From the NCBI GenBank assembly GCA_047495785.1, contig JBLDXI010000054.1:1178001-1242000 (forward strand): a DNA stretch of 64,000 nucleotides, in the 5' to 3' direction. This stretch comes from Lepidodermella squamata. Its lineage: Eukaryota; Animalia; Gastrotricha. How positions within the stretch are numbered: position 1 is the stretch's first letter; every line of letters begins with the position of its first letter. Below, piece by piece: positions 37,171-49,940 of this stretch. Below the pieces are notes generated by a model. It was given only the letters and a program-made list of their open reading frames with translations, did not search any database and was not told where the DNA came from. A program made the translations under genes and the position numbers.

Positions 37171-39803
37171 TCAAGTTCGTTGTTTTTTCAATAAAAGCTA
37201 GGAACATCAAATTTGTAAAACAACTTCGATATTGGTTTCAAACTTACTTTTAAAAAAGTAATGGGAACCAAATTAGCGATAACAAATGACAGCGTGAAAG
37301 ATGAGAAGAGAATCAGAAGATTCTCCGAGCGCTTTTGAGCCATCAGAGGGCCCAGGATAAATGCAGCAATCACGAGGGTTAACTTGAAATTCACAAAACG
37401 TGCCATGATGTAAACATCTCTTCCCTGCCGGGTTCGCTTGAGCCTCTATCGAAGTTAGGTAAAATAAAGGTTGCATAGCACATCATAGCCTGGCATACCT
37501 TAGTACCAAGTACCATCAGTGATTGGAAGATTACCCTTAGAAACGATCCAAATTGAAGTATAGAAATGATGACTGTAATTGATAAACTGTCATATCGACC
37601 AAGAATACTGTCTATTATATCGCATTCGAAGCTGAAAGGCTGATAAATCGCACCGGATGATTCATCATGTATCCTTTCCGAGAAAACTGCTATCGCAGGT
37701 ATTTGATGAATGCTGACTAAGGTTACTGCCAGTGAGCCATTGATTGCAGTCCAAAATCCAGTCAAAAAGAAGCTACTCTCGATGAATTTGGGCAAATTTC
37801 TACAATATATCGACTCGTCCGGCTGAATTATGACCATTGCATCGTTTGATCTTCTACGCCCGTGTATTTGAAGGCTGAAATGCGCACTCACGATTGATGT
37901 CCTAATTTCTGGGCGATAGTTCAACTTCGATGAAATCCCACAGAGTATCAAAGACAGGCCGAGGACAACAAGAACAGGCATTACGCTACAATTAACGTAT
38001 ATCTTTACTCTAGTCTCATGAACCGGTACGGCGAATGCATGACTCAATAGTATGAGATCCCCTAGCAAAATGACGTAATCCTCTCGTCTCAATCTAAGTC
38101 TAATTAATCTGGGCATCTTCCTACGAAATACCGCTAGTGTGACGAAGGAGCAACAAATCACGCTTTCAATCGCGGCTAATACAATGAGGATTAGACCATT
38201 TTTCAAATGTAGCATAGGTTCATTGACAAGGATAATTCTATCTTCATCGCGAGGTATTGCTCCACTTTTAGTGTTCCATTCTAAGTCCAAGATCTTGATA
38301 GGATCTTTCACATCATTTCGTTTGAGGTAAGCGGCAGTGGAAAATCCTGAGTTGTTAAAAAAAGTTCTTATGAAGGTGATGGGAACGTATCCTTTTGTGA
38401 GGCCTGTCTTCCTATCTATCTCGTACTCCCCCTTGAGACCTCTGAAGTTAAGCCGGTACGCCCCTTCTTTAATAAGTGAGACGATGTGACTACCATTAGC
38501 TGCGAAATTCGACCCTGAAGTTACCCAATCTAACAAGGTTTGATTGCTCTCCTTGAGAACCTGTTCGGTTGAATGAATTAACTGACCGACAGCTAACGCC
38601 CTGTCGTAGCAGATGACCGGCCAGTACTCCCAGTTTCTACTCTTCTCAGGGCTATCAATTCTATCTTTTAGCATACTCCTCATTTCTCGATCAGAAAGCC
38701 CAGTTGAGTCTACAGTTTGAGGCCCGAAAACATCTCCGAGGCTTGTATCACCGTAGTATATGAAACTTAGGGCGACTTGTAAAATCATGTTTTCCGTGCA
38801 CCATGATCCTGCTCGGGAGGAAATAATAACCCCAGGAGCGAGCCATGGGAACCAAGCTAACGAAAACACAACGTATTGAGGCCCATACATCTCCATTCGA
38901 TACAGCCAGCAGGCCACAGCAGTCGGTCGGGGACTCTGAGAGATGATGATTCGAGGCTCGCGGCGTTTCATCTCTTCGAAGTCTTGAAAATTGTTCTCTG
39001 GATCTCCATACGAGATGTGAACTTTGCCCATCCATGTTATGGTGATATTCGCCTCCTCTAACGCCATTACTAGCGCTGGGTCCATCTGTAGTGGGAGATT
39101 AGGCATAAAATAAGATCAATAATATGGCTACTCATACCATATTAGCGTATGCATTTATGTCTGAGAGTACGGCGACTTTTTTCCAGCCCATTTTCTTGAT
39201 GAAATTTGCTAGTGCAATATACTGGATATCGCCCCGTTGGCCGAAGTTCATGTAGTTGGGCAGGCGATTTCGTTCGAGGTACAGTCGATTAGTTCCTTGT
39301 GCAAGTGTGATCTTAAAGCACACAGAGCTATACTTCAAAAAATTTCAATTTAAACTCACGGCAACAAAGTTGAACTGCCGGACTAAGGAGGCTGACATAA
39401 ACTGCCCGATCTGCTCATCACATTCCGGAGCTACAAAAATAGGCAATAGATTTTTCGCATGGGCATTGTATCGCAGATTTATTGCTAGGCTTTGGGCTAT
39501 GACAGCGTCCTGGCAGTTGTCCTCAACCAGATCAAGCACTAGTTCGTAATTTGGCAGCCACTTTTCATTAGACCGAAGCTGATCCAAAGCGTCACCCATG
39601 GCTTCACTGCAAGGCGGCCCTGTGGGGAACCCGCCGGCGTAAGATATTGACATAAGAACATGGACTGGGGTCCGATTTTTTTCCATCCCATTCTTGAACT
39701 CAGAAGATGCCTGGCAGTCAGGAATCGGGTCGTCCAAAGTTATTTTGACTGAGCTTACAACAGAGGAAATAGCCAGGAGAGCTAAAACCAATAAGTCCGC
39801 CAT
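37171..39803 (-). CDS. GABA-B-like class C GPCR, subtype E
   Basis: Signal peptide MADLLVLALLAISSVVSS. SYAGGFPTGPPCSEAMGDALDQLRSNEKWLPNYELV parallels the GABA-B1 N-terminus ([23 protein letters not shown]...ILPDYEL). Has WKKVAV, EPRII, MYGPQYV and 7TM; last exon LLLKKQRT*. Confidence 0.87.
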
Positions 39804-42363
39804 CTTCAACCAGAGAATAACTTTCTGACCACGAAATACAAAGCGCATCGTCAGATTATTAGGACGTTTTCTAGTCAGAACTTGACCTCTCTAGCAAGAT
39901 TAAAAGTGTATTTTAATCAATAATTACATACTTTATTAGTCTTCATTAGGGTTTCGAAACATAAAATACTAAACACTACTAGACTCATCGTAGGAAAACG
40001 AAATTCTTTGCTTGAATTTTGTCTGGTCAAAACATTGTAGAAGCTTAGAGCTGAGTGCATTTTTTCTCAGTTTTTGAGATGATTATTATTTCAATTAGGT
40101 CAGAGAAAATTTACTAAACTTAGACAAATGCTAGTATTATATGTAGTCTTGACTAGCACGAGACCAACTCATTGCCTTGAAAGGTCTCACGTTCTTGAAG
40201 AGACAATTTTCCCGTCTGTTCCATTGTTCCCGGTACAAATCTGAAACTCTTCAGAATAAAAAAGATCAATTTCAATTTTTAAAAGATCGATTTAGCAATC
40301 AAATTTTGCTGGTGAAAAGTGGCTGCGCTATAACAGACAACAGGCAGGAAGCCTTGTAAGCGATCGAGAGACGTGTTTTCTTAATTTATCGCGTGATTAT
40401 GACCAAAATAGTGCGAGTTCGAGGAGGATGCGAAGATTGCTTTGTATGAAAATGACGGGGAACTCCCCGTTGTCGTGGGGCGCGTTCCGTCGGTCCGTAC
40501 GTATGTCAACGTGCGCACTAATTCAGCACGTCGTTCGCGCACTCCTATGTATGACGAAGGAGGATGTGTGTAGCTGTCCTCTGTGTGCGCAGTAATTCCG
40601 CACGTCTGCGCACTCGGTAAGGTAAAGATTCTCTTGAACACGCAACATAACGAACACGCAAAAATAAAGATTTTTATGTTTTTGTTTAACGTGCGGTCCG
40701 GCATGAGCTATACAATGCGCACTCCTATTTCATGACAGCCATTACTCATTAAAACCAACTCGAAATGCTGTCTTAAAATGGTGCATGGGTGTCACAAAAC
40801 GTGGCGACAGCAGCAACATCATGAGCGAAGCGAAATAGCTACAATTCATCAGAATTATTCTGAATCAAAGATTTTGCACAGCCACCAATCCCTATCATCC
40901 CAAATTTCAAGATGCTTTCGATGCCTTACCCCGGCGAGCTACGAAGCGCGACGCAGTGGGAAGCTTGGAAGCGCTTCGGCTTGTGGAAAGCTTGCATGTG
41001 CCATGACGCACTTCCTGGTAACTGTGTAGTTCCTGGTGACTCGAGTGCTGTGTTAATTCGCCTGATTACCCAAGAGTGTCTCGAGGGTCTCAGGATTCAG
41101 GATCCCTCGTGTACTTCGACTGGGTTGAAGCCTGGTGGGCCAGTCGTTTGCTTTGCAGATTCACACATCCCAATTGCACGAAAACTGCATTGTAGTCCGG
41201 GTTTTGCAAAGTGACCCAGATGAATCATCAGCTGGTTATTATTGCTAAGTTCTATGTGTGCAGTATTTTCCTGTTTGGGTGGTGGGGCTGGTGGTGCGGT
41301 GGTGAAGTCGCGCGAATTTTTCTTAGCAATAATCGCGGTAGCAGTCCAAATCAAGCAATCAAGAAATATTGGCACATTGCGCGTGGCGGCTTAGATTTTT
41401 CAATTGCCCATCTTCACTTGTAAATATCTTCGTTCGTGTCGCGCTATCAAGTAATAAAGGAGGGTCTTCAGTGATCTAAGTACAGCCATTTGTTATAAAT
41501 ATTGCTTGACAGTTTCGCGACCACATGACCGCACCACCACACGACATACAAATGATGATGGCAGTAAAAACGTATTTTGACCCTGCAACACCGGACTACA
41601 ATGTGTATCGCCGGGCGTGTCAGTACTGACGTCTAGGACTGCAATGTCAATTCGTCACTCGAACACAGCATACCGTTAGTGTTCAGATGCTACCCAATAT
41701 GCGAATTAAGGCCATTTAAGCAACGATACATTGATATATCACGTAAGCTGCGTGAGATGGGATCTGGGATATGATGCTAAGCGCCTGGTAGGTGGCAGAA
41801 GGTTACCATACGACTGCTTGTACATCCGCTGACGGTGCCCATCGCGCGCGGGTGGCACGTGTCATGTTTTGCCTGCTCAAAGACACTGCTGAAGTGACGT
41901 TACTGAGCTGACTGCAGATCTGTCTTACAACACCGAGTGTGAATGTCTATCAATAATTTACTTCTGCGAGCTAAGAAGCACATTTTGGCCGCTTTAGTTG
42001 AAAATTCTTGCAAGCTCCAGCAATGCTTAAGCTATTTTTTGAATTGATGTGTACAATCCGATTCAAGCTTTTCAATTATTCACCATGAAAGACTACAACT
42101 AATTCAATAATATGGGTTTGCGTCTCCTTTGTAGTGGAGTTCCCCGTCACTGTCAAAGGCCGATAGGCCGACAGTGTGTAATTCGAATGTCTCACTGACA
42201 GTAACCACTAAAGTTCACTACAGCGATGGCGGATATCCTTCGAAACAGCTGCGCCGTCGTCTGACAGATATATTACTATACCTAAGTGCCTATTTCCGAA
42301 CATGTTCACTCAGCCTGTTTCAAATGGTTAAAAAGATTTACACAGTGGACTGAATAAGAAGAC

Positions 42364-42860
42364 ATGTTTCTACAAATTCTAAAAATCCTAATAATTCTTA
42401 GCCTCATTCAATCATGTTTCATGGTTGCTGCGAGGTTGGAGATGACTGAGCCCATGCCCGAGCTAGTCGTTTCGCCGCAAGAGGGATCTACCAATCGAAC
42501 GTTGATCAAAATAATCACAAGCATCACGTACAGTGGGCAATTCGCTTCTGGGCCAATATGTACTGTTGCGACGATCTCTCTTCAGACGATCTTAGAAAAC
42601 AGGAAGTCTGGCTGCCGAATTATCACCGCGGCTTCGAGTTTATTGACGACGCTGTAAGTTATCAAAACCCTGCAAGTCTTGATAATATGTTTGCCTGGTT
42701 CACAGTGTGACAAGCTTTCAATGAATTGATGCTGCGAATTCGATCAAGTGACGACTCACAGAATCTGTTCCCGCTGGTTTTGTTAAGTGAGTGCATCGAT
42801 AAGGCCCAAATCCTGTCAAGCATGGCGAGCAGCCAGATTTTTATTACACACAGCGCTGGT
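42364..42860 (+). pseudogene. Truncated, frameshifted class C GPCR (N-terminal exons only)
   Basis: Signal peptide and ITYSGQFASGPICT, then a frameshift to LRKQEVWLPNY...FIDDA|GTAAG. The second exon (LFPLVLLSEC) is also shifted, and no downstream exons are seen before the repeat at 42972. Confidence 0.8.
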
Positions 42861-42971
42861 ATCTGTTATATAATCTGTTATAATCTGTATAATCTCAGCA
42901 AGCAATATTTAGTATCCGTTTGTGACCTATCTAGAAATACGTTATAACTGAGAGCCGATTTCCTGAGAGCC

Positions 42972-43197
42972 AAGGACTTTCGATTGAATTTTGACAAGTT
43001 CGAAGTTTATTAAGTCGTTACTATAAGTGGATCGGAGGTGGAGGGTGAAGTGTGACATTCGATCTAGACGTTGCCCCCGGTAACTCGAGCCCACGAACGT
43101 TATGTTATTTGTCCAAACCTTCTCTGCTTTCCTACGCAACTCGACTAGAAGTCTCAGAGCTCTGAATCTCTCATCTCAGATAATATGGGACTGTACA
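42972..43197 (+). repeat. Dispersed ~220-bp repeat, copy 2
   Basis: Near-identical to 5954..6170. Confidence 0.85.
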
Positions 43198-43690
43198 AGG
43201 ACTATAATAGAGGTTGATTTTGATGAAATGTCCACGGTCCCTAGTGACGAGATTTTGAGGAAGCTCTAAATAATCCGGATCACTTATCAAAATTGAAACT
43301 GCTTTCAGAGAGTTCAAATCTTCGCTGCACTATTGTAAGGTGATGAATTTCCAGCTTGGAGATGATAAGAATATCATTAATTTATCAACCAAGCTGGGGA
43401 TAGCAAAACATCCTTTGGTGCAACAAAGATTTGAAATCCAATAATCAGCTCATCCAACCAAAATTATTAGTAATAAGTATTAAATTATTTGAACCTGTTT
43501 TTTAATTCGCCAACTCATCACGCTTTAGTGTTTATTGAAAAATAGTGTTGATAGAGCCTTGCACGCGTAAGGATTAACGGATTTGATTTTTATTAGAGAC
43601 AAAATACGTTAGTCACCTAACAAGTTGCCCTCATGAGCTGTTTTTCTCAAGTCGCTTGTTCTTGAAATTTTTCTGGCATGGAGCTATCTG

Positions 43691-46267
43691 TCAACGTCGA
43701 GGACGGGTGCCGCTCTTACGACGCCTGCGTTTCCATCGCAGCTGTGAAATTTGAAAATTATAATTGAATCATTGAATTTTAGTTTCGGGCTTACTTTCAC
43801 CAAGACTTTCACTGTGAAAACTGAGCAAAGATTTAGCATTACACACCCGAAGATTGTCGCTGATATTGCCAAACGCTGAAGGGATTGTGCTTTGAAGATA
43901 AACACAGAAATAATTGCCCCACATAGCAACAGCATCACGGTTCCATAAAAACATAGCCTAGCAGCCTTCAAATCAGGAATAATTGGAAAGAATCTTACTG
44001 ATCTCAAAGCGTAAGCTAGAAACCCTCCTCGAATGACAATTAGAGCTAAGCAAGAGGAGATTATGCCGATAATACATTGCGGAACGATCGATTCCCCTAT
44101 TCGACACGAATAGACGATATTCTCATAAGCAACATCCATTCGAAATGTTTGTGATCCGGTCGCTTCAAGATTTATATCGTGCGTTATCGGCGCGACACGA
44201 AACCAAATAAGAAGGACGATCACTATGGCGAACAGCAAAATGAGGCCGATGCACATCGTTAATTTCTTGGAACGATCTTCACAATAGGAATTTCGCACTA
44301 CAGACAGCCGATAACTTTTGAGCGAAACAACCGATAACTTTGGCAGCCGCCTTGGCTTTTTCAGGGCGAGGTGAAGTTTCGCAACCATGGCGTAAAGCAC
44401 GCAAAACAGGCCGATGAAGATCAACCCAATCGACACCATGCAGTCCAATGCCATAGTGCTGCTGTACTCCCTTCGTTGAATCAGGACAGCAATGAGCAGT
44501 AGCGCATCTCCGAGAAGTAAGAAATAGTACGGAGCAGATGAAAAATGCTTTGATTTAGATGATTTGGCATGACAAACTAGGAAAACGGCTATGCCAACCA
44601 CACAGATTAGTTCAAGGCTAGAAATTGCAGTTACCGTGATATAGCCTTCGGTCGAAATGAGCGGCGGGACGATTCGAATAATCTCAACGGAATCGACTGG
44701 GGGTTCCCCACTTTTTGTGCGCCAGTTGATCGGTATGGGTCCAATTGTAAGCTTTTTTGAGCCTGTTTCGAAAACAGCGATTGGCTGTAGCGAGAAGGAG
44801 CCGGTTGATGAATATTGGAAAAACCCATATGCCATATTCCCTCCAGTATTGCGGGTTGTATTGGGCTCGAAATCTACTTCACCCAGTTTTGTTTCCACTC
44901 GGATTGAATAAAGCGATTTCTTCAACTCTTCGGCAATAACCTCTCCGTTTCTTTTAAAATTCGGGGTGTTAGTAGACCAATCCAGAAGAGTTTGGTTCTT
45001 CCTATTCAAAGAAGTTTCCGTTACGTTGAGTACAAAGAGAGCGAACAGAAGAAGATCGTAGAAATAAGCTCTATTGTTCCAAGAAATCGACTCTCTGGCA
45101 TCCTGGATCATGGAGCTGATTGCCGAGTCGAAATCCGAAGCACTGTTGCCCAGGGAATCTATTTTATTCATTAGGCCAAGATCCATGGCAGTGGCTGGCC
45201 CATGAATAATTACGCTCTTCAGAACGTCTCGAAGCATGTCGGTTGTACACCAGCTGTATCTAAATAGATCATTTTCTTGAAATGCCGTCCTCCAAGCATT
45301 TAAGATTACGTAGCTAGGTCCATAAATACCATATCGATGGAACCAACATGCGATTCTTGCTGGGTAGAACGCTCTGATCAAAATGATTCTAGGGTCAACG
45401 GTCAGCATTTCTTCGACTGTTGCTTGGACAGCTTCAGATTCCGTAGGTATGCCGTAGACCCAAGGTATCTTGAAAATCCCGAGTGTTTTGATGCCGAAAC
45501 CAGCCTCCAGCTGTTGCGATACGTCAATTTCTAATTGATTCAAAATCCCATACATTTCCGAAATATGGACGATTTTACGCCACTTCATCTGAGCCATAAA
45601 TCTTCCAACAGCAGTGTTACCATCACTGGCAGAAGGCGCCATTACGAAGAAGTTTCGAAAGCGATTTCGATACAAATCGATTTCATCCATTGAGGTGGAA
45701 GCTGATATCTGAACATCAATGTAGGAATAAAACTATTGCAGGATATTAGCTTGAAAAACCCACCCCCACGAAGTTCTGCGCAGCCATATATTGACCGTTG
45801 TAATAGTTAGCGGGGCACGTTGAGTGAACGATAAAAGGGACCCTTCCGATAGCTCGGTCGTTTCGATCCATTTGGAATAGAAAGGCTTTAATTGCAGGCG
45901 GTCGGCTGCACTAAATTGGATACATAAGAAATTTAGTTTGATGTATAGATTGTGAGTTTTTATAACCTACAGTGTCGTCATAGGGCTCAATCGCTATATC
46001 GTAGCTAGCCAGCAAGTTTGGGACATTTCTCCTGAGATCCAGAACGTAACGCATTGGCTCCGTACAGAGGGGCCCGATGTTAAGCATAGGATTCGTGCAG
46101 GAGGTATAGTTGCAATAGTTGCAGGAGGCAAGTATTGTTAGCAACGGGCGGCTGCTGTTACGAGTGTAATTCGAGGGAAAAACCATGGCTGGAATCGGGC
46201 TGGACATGCTCGTTTTAGATGAGCAGCTATTTGGTACGCTTAGTAGTACAAGAAGTAAAAGGAACAT
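43691..46267 (-). CDS. GABA-B-like class C GPCR, paralogue G (A/B-like; intron 3 lost)
   Basis: ORFs 45911..46360 and 43684..45690. TM5-TM7 is read without an intron; the spliced last exon gives LRWKRRRRKSGTRPRR*. Confidence 0.86.
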
Positions 46268-47103
46268 TTCAAAGGGCGTTTGCAAGAATTTTCTAGAAAT
46301 GTCAGAACTCGCAATGTTTTTGATGGGCTTCATGATAATTTGCGCAGAAATGATTAGCATGATTAGACGGCAACTGGCGCCGATCGAAGACGGGGAACAG
46401 TCTGTCTGCCTGTTCGTTCTCCCCCATGCATGTCTGTCCGTCTGTTCGTCGGCAAGATATTATGTCTTAGTCATAAAAAAAATTGACCTTGTCAAGCAGG
46501 ATTAGTTTGTGTCATTAAAAAAATTGTCGTGCCCCTTATGACTTATGACGATTAAAGGTGGGTTTGCAAACGCTCGGTTTCATAGCGCAGCAACTTTTAA
46601 CCGAGGCCGAGAAAATCTCACAATAAAGCCCGTAATTTCAATAATTGAACGCGAACGGATTTTTCGGCGAATATTTTTCAATTTGGAAAGAGAAAATATC
46701 GGCCCAAGTGTCCTCTAGGGCGGGTAATTCGCCGCCCTAGACGCCCTTCAAACGCGCCCTGAGTTTGAGACAAGCATGATGCATGCTTTCCAAAGAAAAA
46801 TAAAAAAGCCAGTCCATGAAAAGGATGTTTGATATTGGGGAAGTTGATCGAAGGTTCCGTAGGTTCATTGTTTATTATTAAATTTTTTTTTAAATAAAGG
46901 TGCTCTGATTATATGCAGTCTTCTACCACCATGTGCCACCATGCCCCTTTGGTGGGAAGTTACCGCCGGTGGCGATTTTTTGAGAATTATGCGTCTAAAT
47001 GTCAATTTATGGTTGGCTTTTTTTAGCAATAAAATTACTGAAACTAACCTTTAAATTTAGCGCTTCTCGTGATTTCTCAAATCCACGTCATATTCATAAT
47101 TAT

Positions 47104-47672
47104 GATTGCTATTCTGATTCCTCACTCGATAATAGTTGGGAAATTGGGAAATCAAATTAGATATTCAGAATCAGCGCGATAAATTAGGGTAATCTGAAGG
47201 TTGGCGAACGGTTATCGTGAAAATTGGAGAAGAAATCGGAAGGTAACACACACACAATTTGAACGCACGCGCGTGCGCGCACTACTGTCAACCTATTGTA
47301 ACGATGTCCCGGGTGGCGACTGGCATCTACGCAATGCCTAAGAACAACATTGTGATTCTCATGTGATAGCTAATTAGGAAGTGATCGCGTGTTCGACTTA
47401 GATTTGTATCGCTAATATTTAAGGCCTTGAATTCCAACGATCAATGTTCGATTCATTCACAATAAAGTATAGGGTAGTCCCTGGCCAAGTCTTGATGTTT
47501 CCCTGACACCTATTTCCTATTTATTCCTCATTCCCGGTTTTGCATGCTTACTGCGCGTAAATTTGCAGATTACCCTGATTTTTTTGCGCTGATTCTGAAT
47601 ATTTAATTTGTTTTCCAAATTCCTACCTATTACCGAGTTGTAATAACTATGTAAAATCAGAACTTGGGCAAT
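47104..47672. repeat. Imperfect inverted repeat (fold-back / MITE-like)
   Basis: 47125..47198 (ctcgataatag...atattcagaatcagcgcg...agggtaatctg) is the approximate reverse complement of 47566..47638. Confidence 0.65.
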
Positions 47673-48179
47673 ATCAGTCTCTAAAAAACAATAGTGGTAA
47701 TTGACAAATTTTCCCAATAATGGAGAATAAATAACTAAAACAGTGCAACAGTAAAACATTTCAAGTGGAACTAGTAATCATTAAATATGACCGGAATTTT
47801 CAAATCTCGGAATGATTAACCGTTATCTATCGTTGATTATTCTAAGTTTGCTGTATCTTATTTCAGTCAATCGAGTAACGCGCAACAGAAAGGTGTGGCG
47901 AAAGCACGTTAAAATGGGTTGAAATGAGGCGGAGGCGATTTGGGAAGATTTGAGCTCGGAAGAAAAACACATTTTGCAGCCCTGAGGGTCGAATTACACT
48001 GTTTTATGTTGGTCATGGTAGCGCGGTCGCACACTCAGCTTTTGCTAGTCTTGCGACAGTCGCTCAGCCAACCCTTTTCGAACGCATGGGCGGGAACGAT
48101 TTTCCTCGTTCTCCACGTACTCGGACCTCGGACTGAGAAACCTGTTTCCCAGTGTGGAAACTGGCGGATTGTAGCATAT

Positions 48180-48343
48180 CGTTAGCGTCGTTGAATAACT
48201 CTGATTTAGGCTTGTTTACATCCGTTTCAAGATCACAAGTATAAAGCGGAAGAGGCAAAACACAAAAGGCTTTTTACTTGTCACTCATCTCCTTGAAATG
48301 GATGCAAACAAGCCTAAATCCGAGTTATTCAACGACGCTAACG
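48180..48343. mobile_element. Hairpin MITE, copy 2
   Basis: Same TIRs as 32965..33150; 4-bp TSD ATAT. Confidence 0.88.
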
Positions 48344-48347
48344 ATAT

Positions 48348-48707
48348 CTTGATATTTGGCGACCTTTATACATTAGCATTAGTATTGGTACACCTGGCAT
48401 ATCTCTGAGCCTTCTGTGAACCCCTAAAAAATTGATTTGGACAAACTGTGGGCCGCAACTGTGGCTACAGTCATGCCAGCTCTCAGTTTTCATTTGTGAG
48501 GCGAGTGCGTCCAGCTTGGAACCGGCTACCATCTTCCGTCGTTAATAATTCGTATTCTTCATTCTTGAAATATCTTAAATGCACTGACTTGGAAAAATTC
48601 ACAATTTCTGTGGTGAGGCGCCATAACTTAACGTTTTGTTAATTCCTAATTGCTAAATGTCGAAAGACAAATTGCAAAATAAAACAGTATCAGTATCAGT
48701 ATCAGCA
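48348..48707 (+). mobile_element. 3' end of a CR1-type LINE
   Basis: FSFVRRVRPAWNRLPSSVVNNSYSSFLKYLKCTDLEKF matches a CR1 ORF2 C-terminus, followed by AATAAA and a (CAGTAT)3 tail. Confidence 0.78.
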
Positions 48708-49280
48708 TGTGCCCATGAGTTGAGACGGCCCAGGTGATCAATTCGAGTATTCGGAAATGGCAATGTTGGATAGTATCTTGACCAGAGACAAGACACATAT
48801 TGCGAGAGCAACCAAAAAGGGTCAAAATTCACGGTTTTTTATCATGGCCAGACACTAATAGCAGGGTAATAACGATTAGTATTCACTATTCACAGCTCTT
48901 CATGGTAGAGTTCCTGATGTGTTGTAAAACGCCAACAAGTTGTCTGCTTTTTGCGATCAGCCCGGGACAGTGGTTTTTCACTTAAGAGCCGATTCACTCT
49001 CAGCGACTTAGATATGCTAAGCTAGGAACAAGTCCAAAGCGGCCAAAATTCACATTTTTTATACAAATCTGACGCCTGTGAGTATTCACAGCTGCTCCTT
49101 ACAGATTCGATATTATCCTATAGCCTGAAATGAACGCTCACGAAAAACGGCTAGTTTATTCAGCTGCTTTTGATGCTCCATCACTGTGCGTCACGGCTAT
49201 AAAATGTCTCCGATTCTTTCCAGGAAACATCGCAACATTTCTCATTCTTGATTTTGATTTTGATCATTCAACTAAACATT

Positions 49281-49940
49281 ATGGCTGCTCGTCTCCTTTG
49301 CTTATCCATGGCCGTCGCCTGTGCTGCCGCCATCAACTTCAACCAGGAGAAGTACCATCAGGAGGTCGTCTACAACGGCGAGCAGAAGTGCAAGGAAGTC
49401 TGCGAGGCTAAGCAATTACCCATGCACGAATTCCACGCCACCGGTGCGGAACAAAGCGTCGGCATTTGCGAGTGCTACATTGCTGCAGCTGACAAGCCAG
49501 TCACAACGGACAACGGACCCGCCCTGCCCTCCGACCAGCAAGGCGAGAATTCCCAGGATAACAGCGACACACTGTCCGCCCCTAGCAAGTACCATCAAGA
49601 GGTCGTCTACAACGGCGAGGAGAAGTGCAAAGAGGTCTGTGAAGCAAAGAATTTGCCCATGCATGAGTTCCACGCCACTGGTGCGGAGCAGAGCGTCGGC
49701 ATTTGCGAGTGCTACATTGCTGCAGCAGACAAGCCTATCGCAAGGGAAATCAGCGACGAACTGCCCGCCCCTACCACCAAGTACCATCTAGAGGTCGTCT
49801 ACAACGGCGAAGAGAAGTGCAAGGAAGTCTGCGAAGCGAGGAACCTGCCCATGCACGAGTTCCACGCCACCGGTGCGGAACAGAGTGTCGGCCTTTGCGA
49901 GTGCTACATTGCAGCTGCTGATAAGCCGGTCTCCGCCTAA
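49281..49940 (+). CDS. Secreted Cys-rich repeat precursor P3 (3 modules)
   Basis: Same signal peptide and module as P1, with two different linkers; TATAAAA at 49198. Confidence 0.9.
   Translation: MAARLLCLSMAVACAAAINFNQEKYHQEVVYNGEQKCKEVCEAKQLPMHEFHATGAEQSVGICECYIAAADKPVTTDNGPALPSDQQGENSQDNSDTLSAPSKYHQEVVYNGEEKCKEVCEAKNLPMHEFHATGAEQSVGICECYIAAADKPIAREISDELPAPTTKYHLEVVYNGEEKCKEVCEARNLPMHEFHATGAEQSVGLCECYIAAADKPVSA

Noticed and set aside
37171-37197. C-terminal KKxRT as a dilysine ER-retrieval signal in E/E'
   Set aside because: The lysines are at -5/-4, not the canonical -3/-4 or -3/-5 positions.
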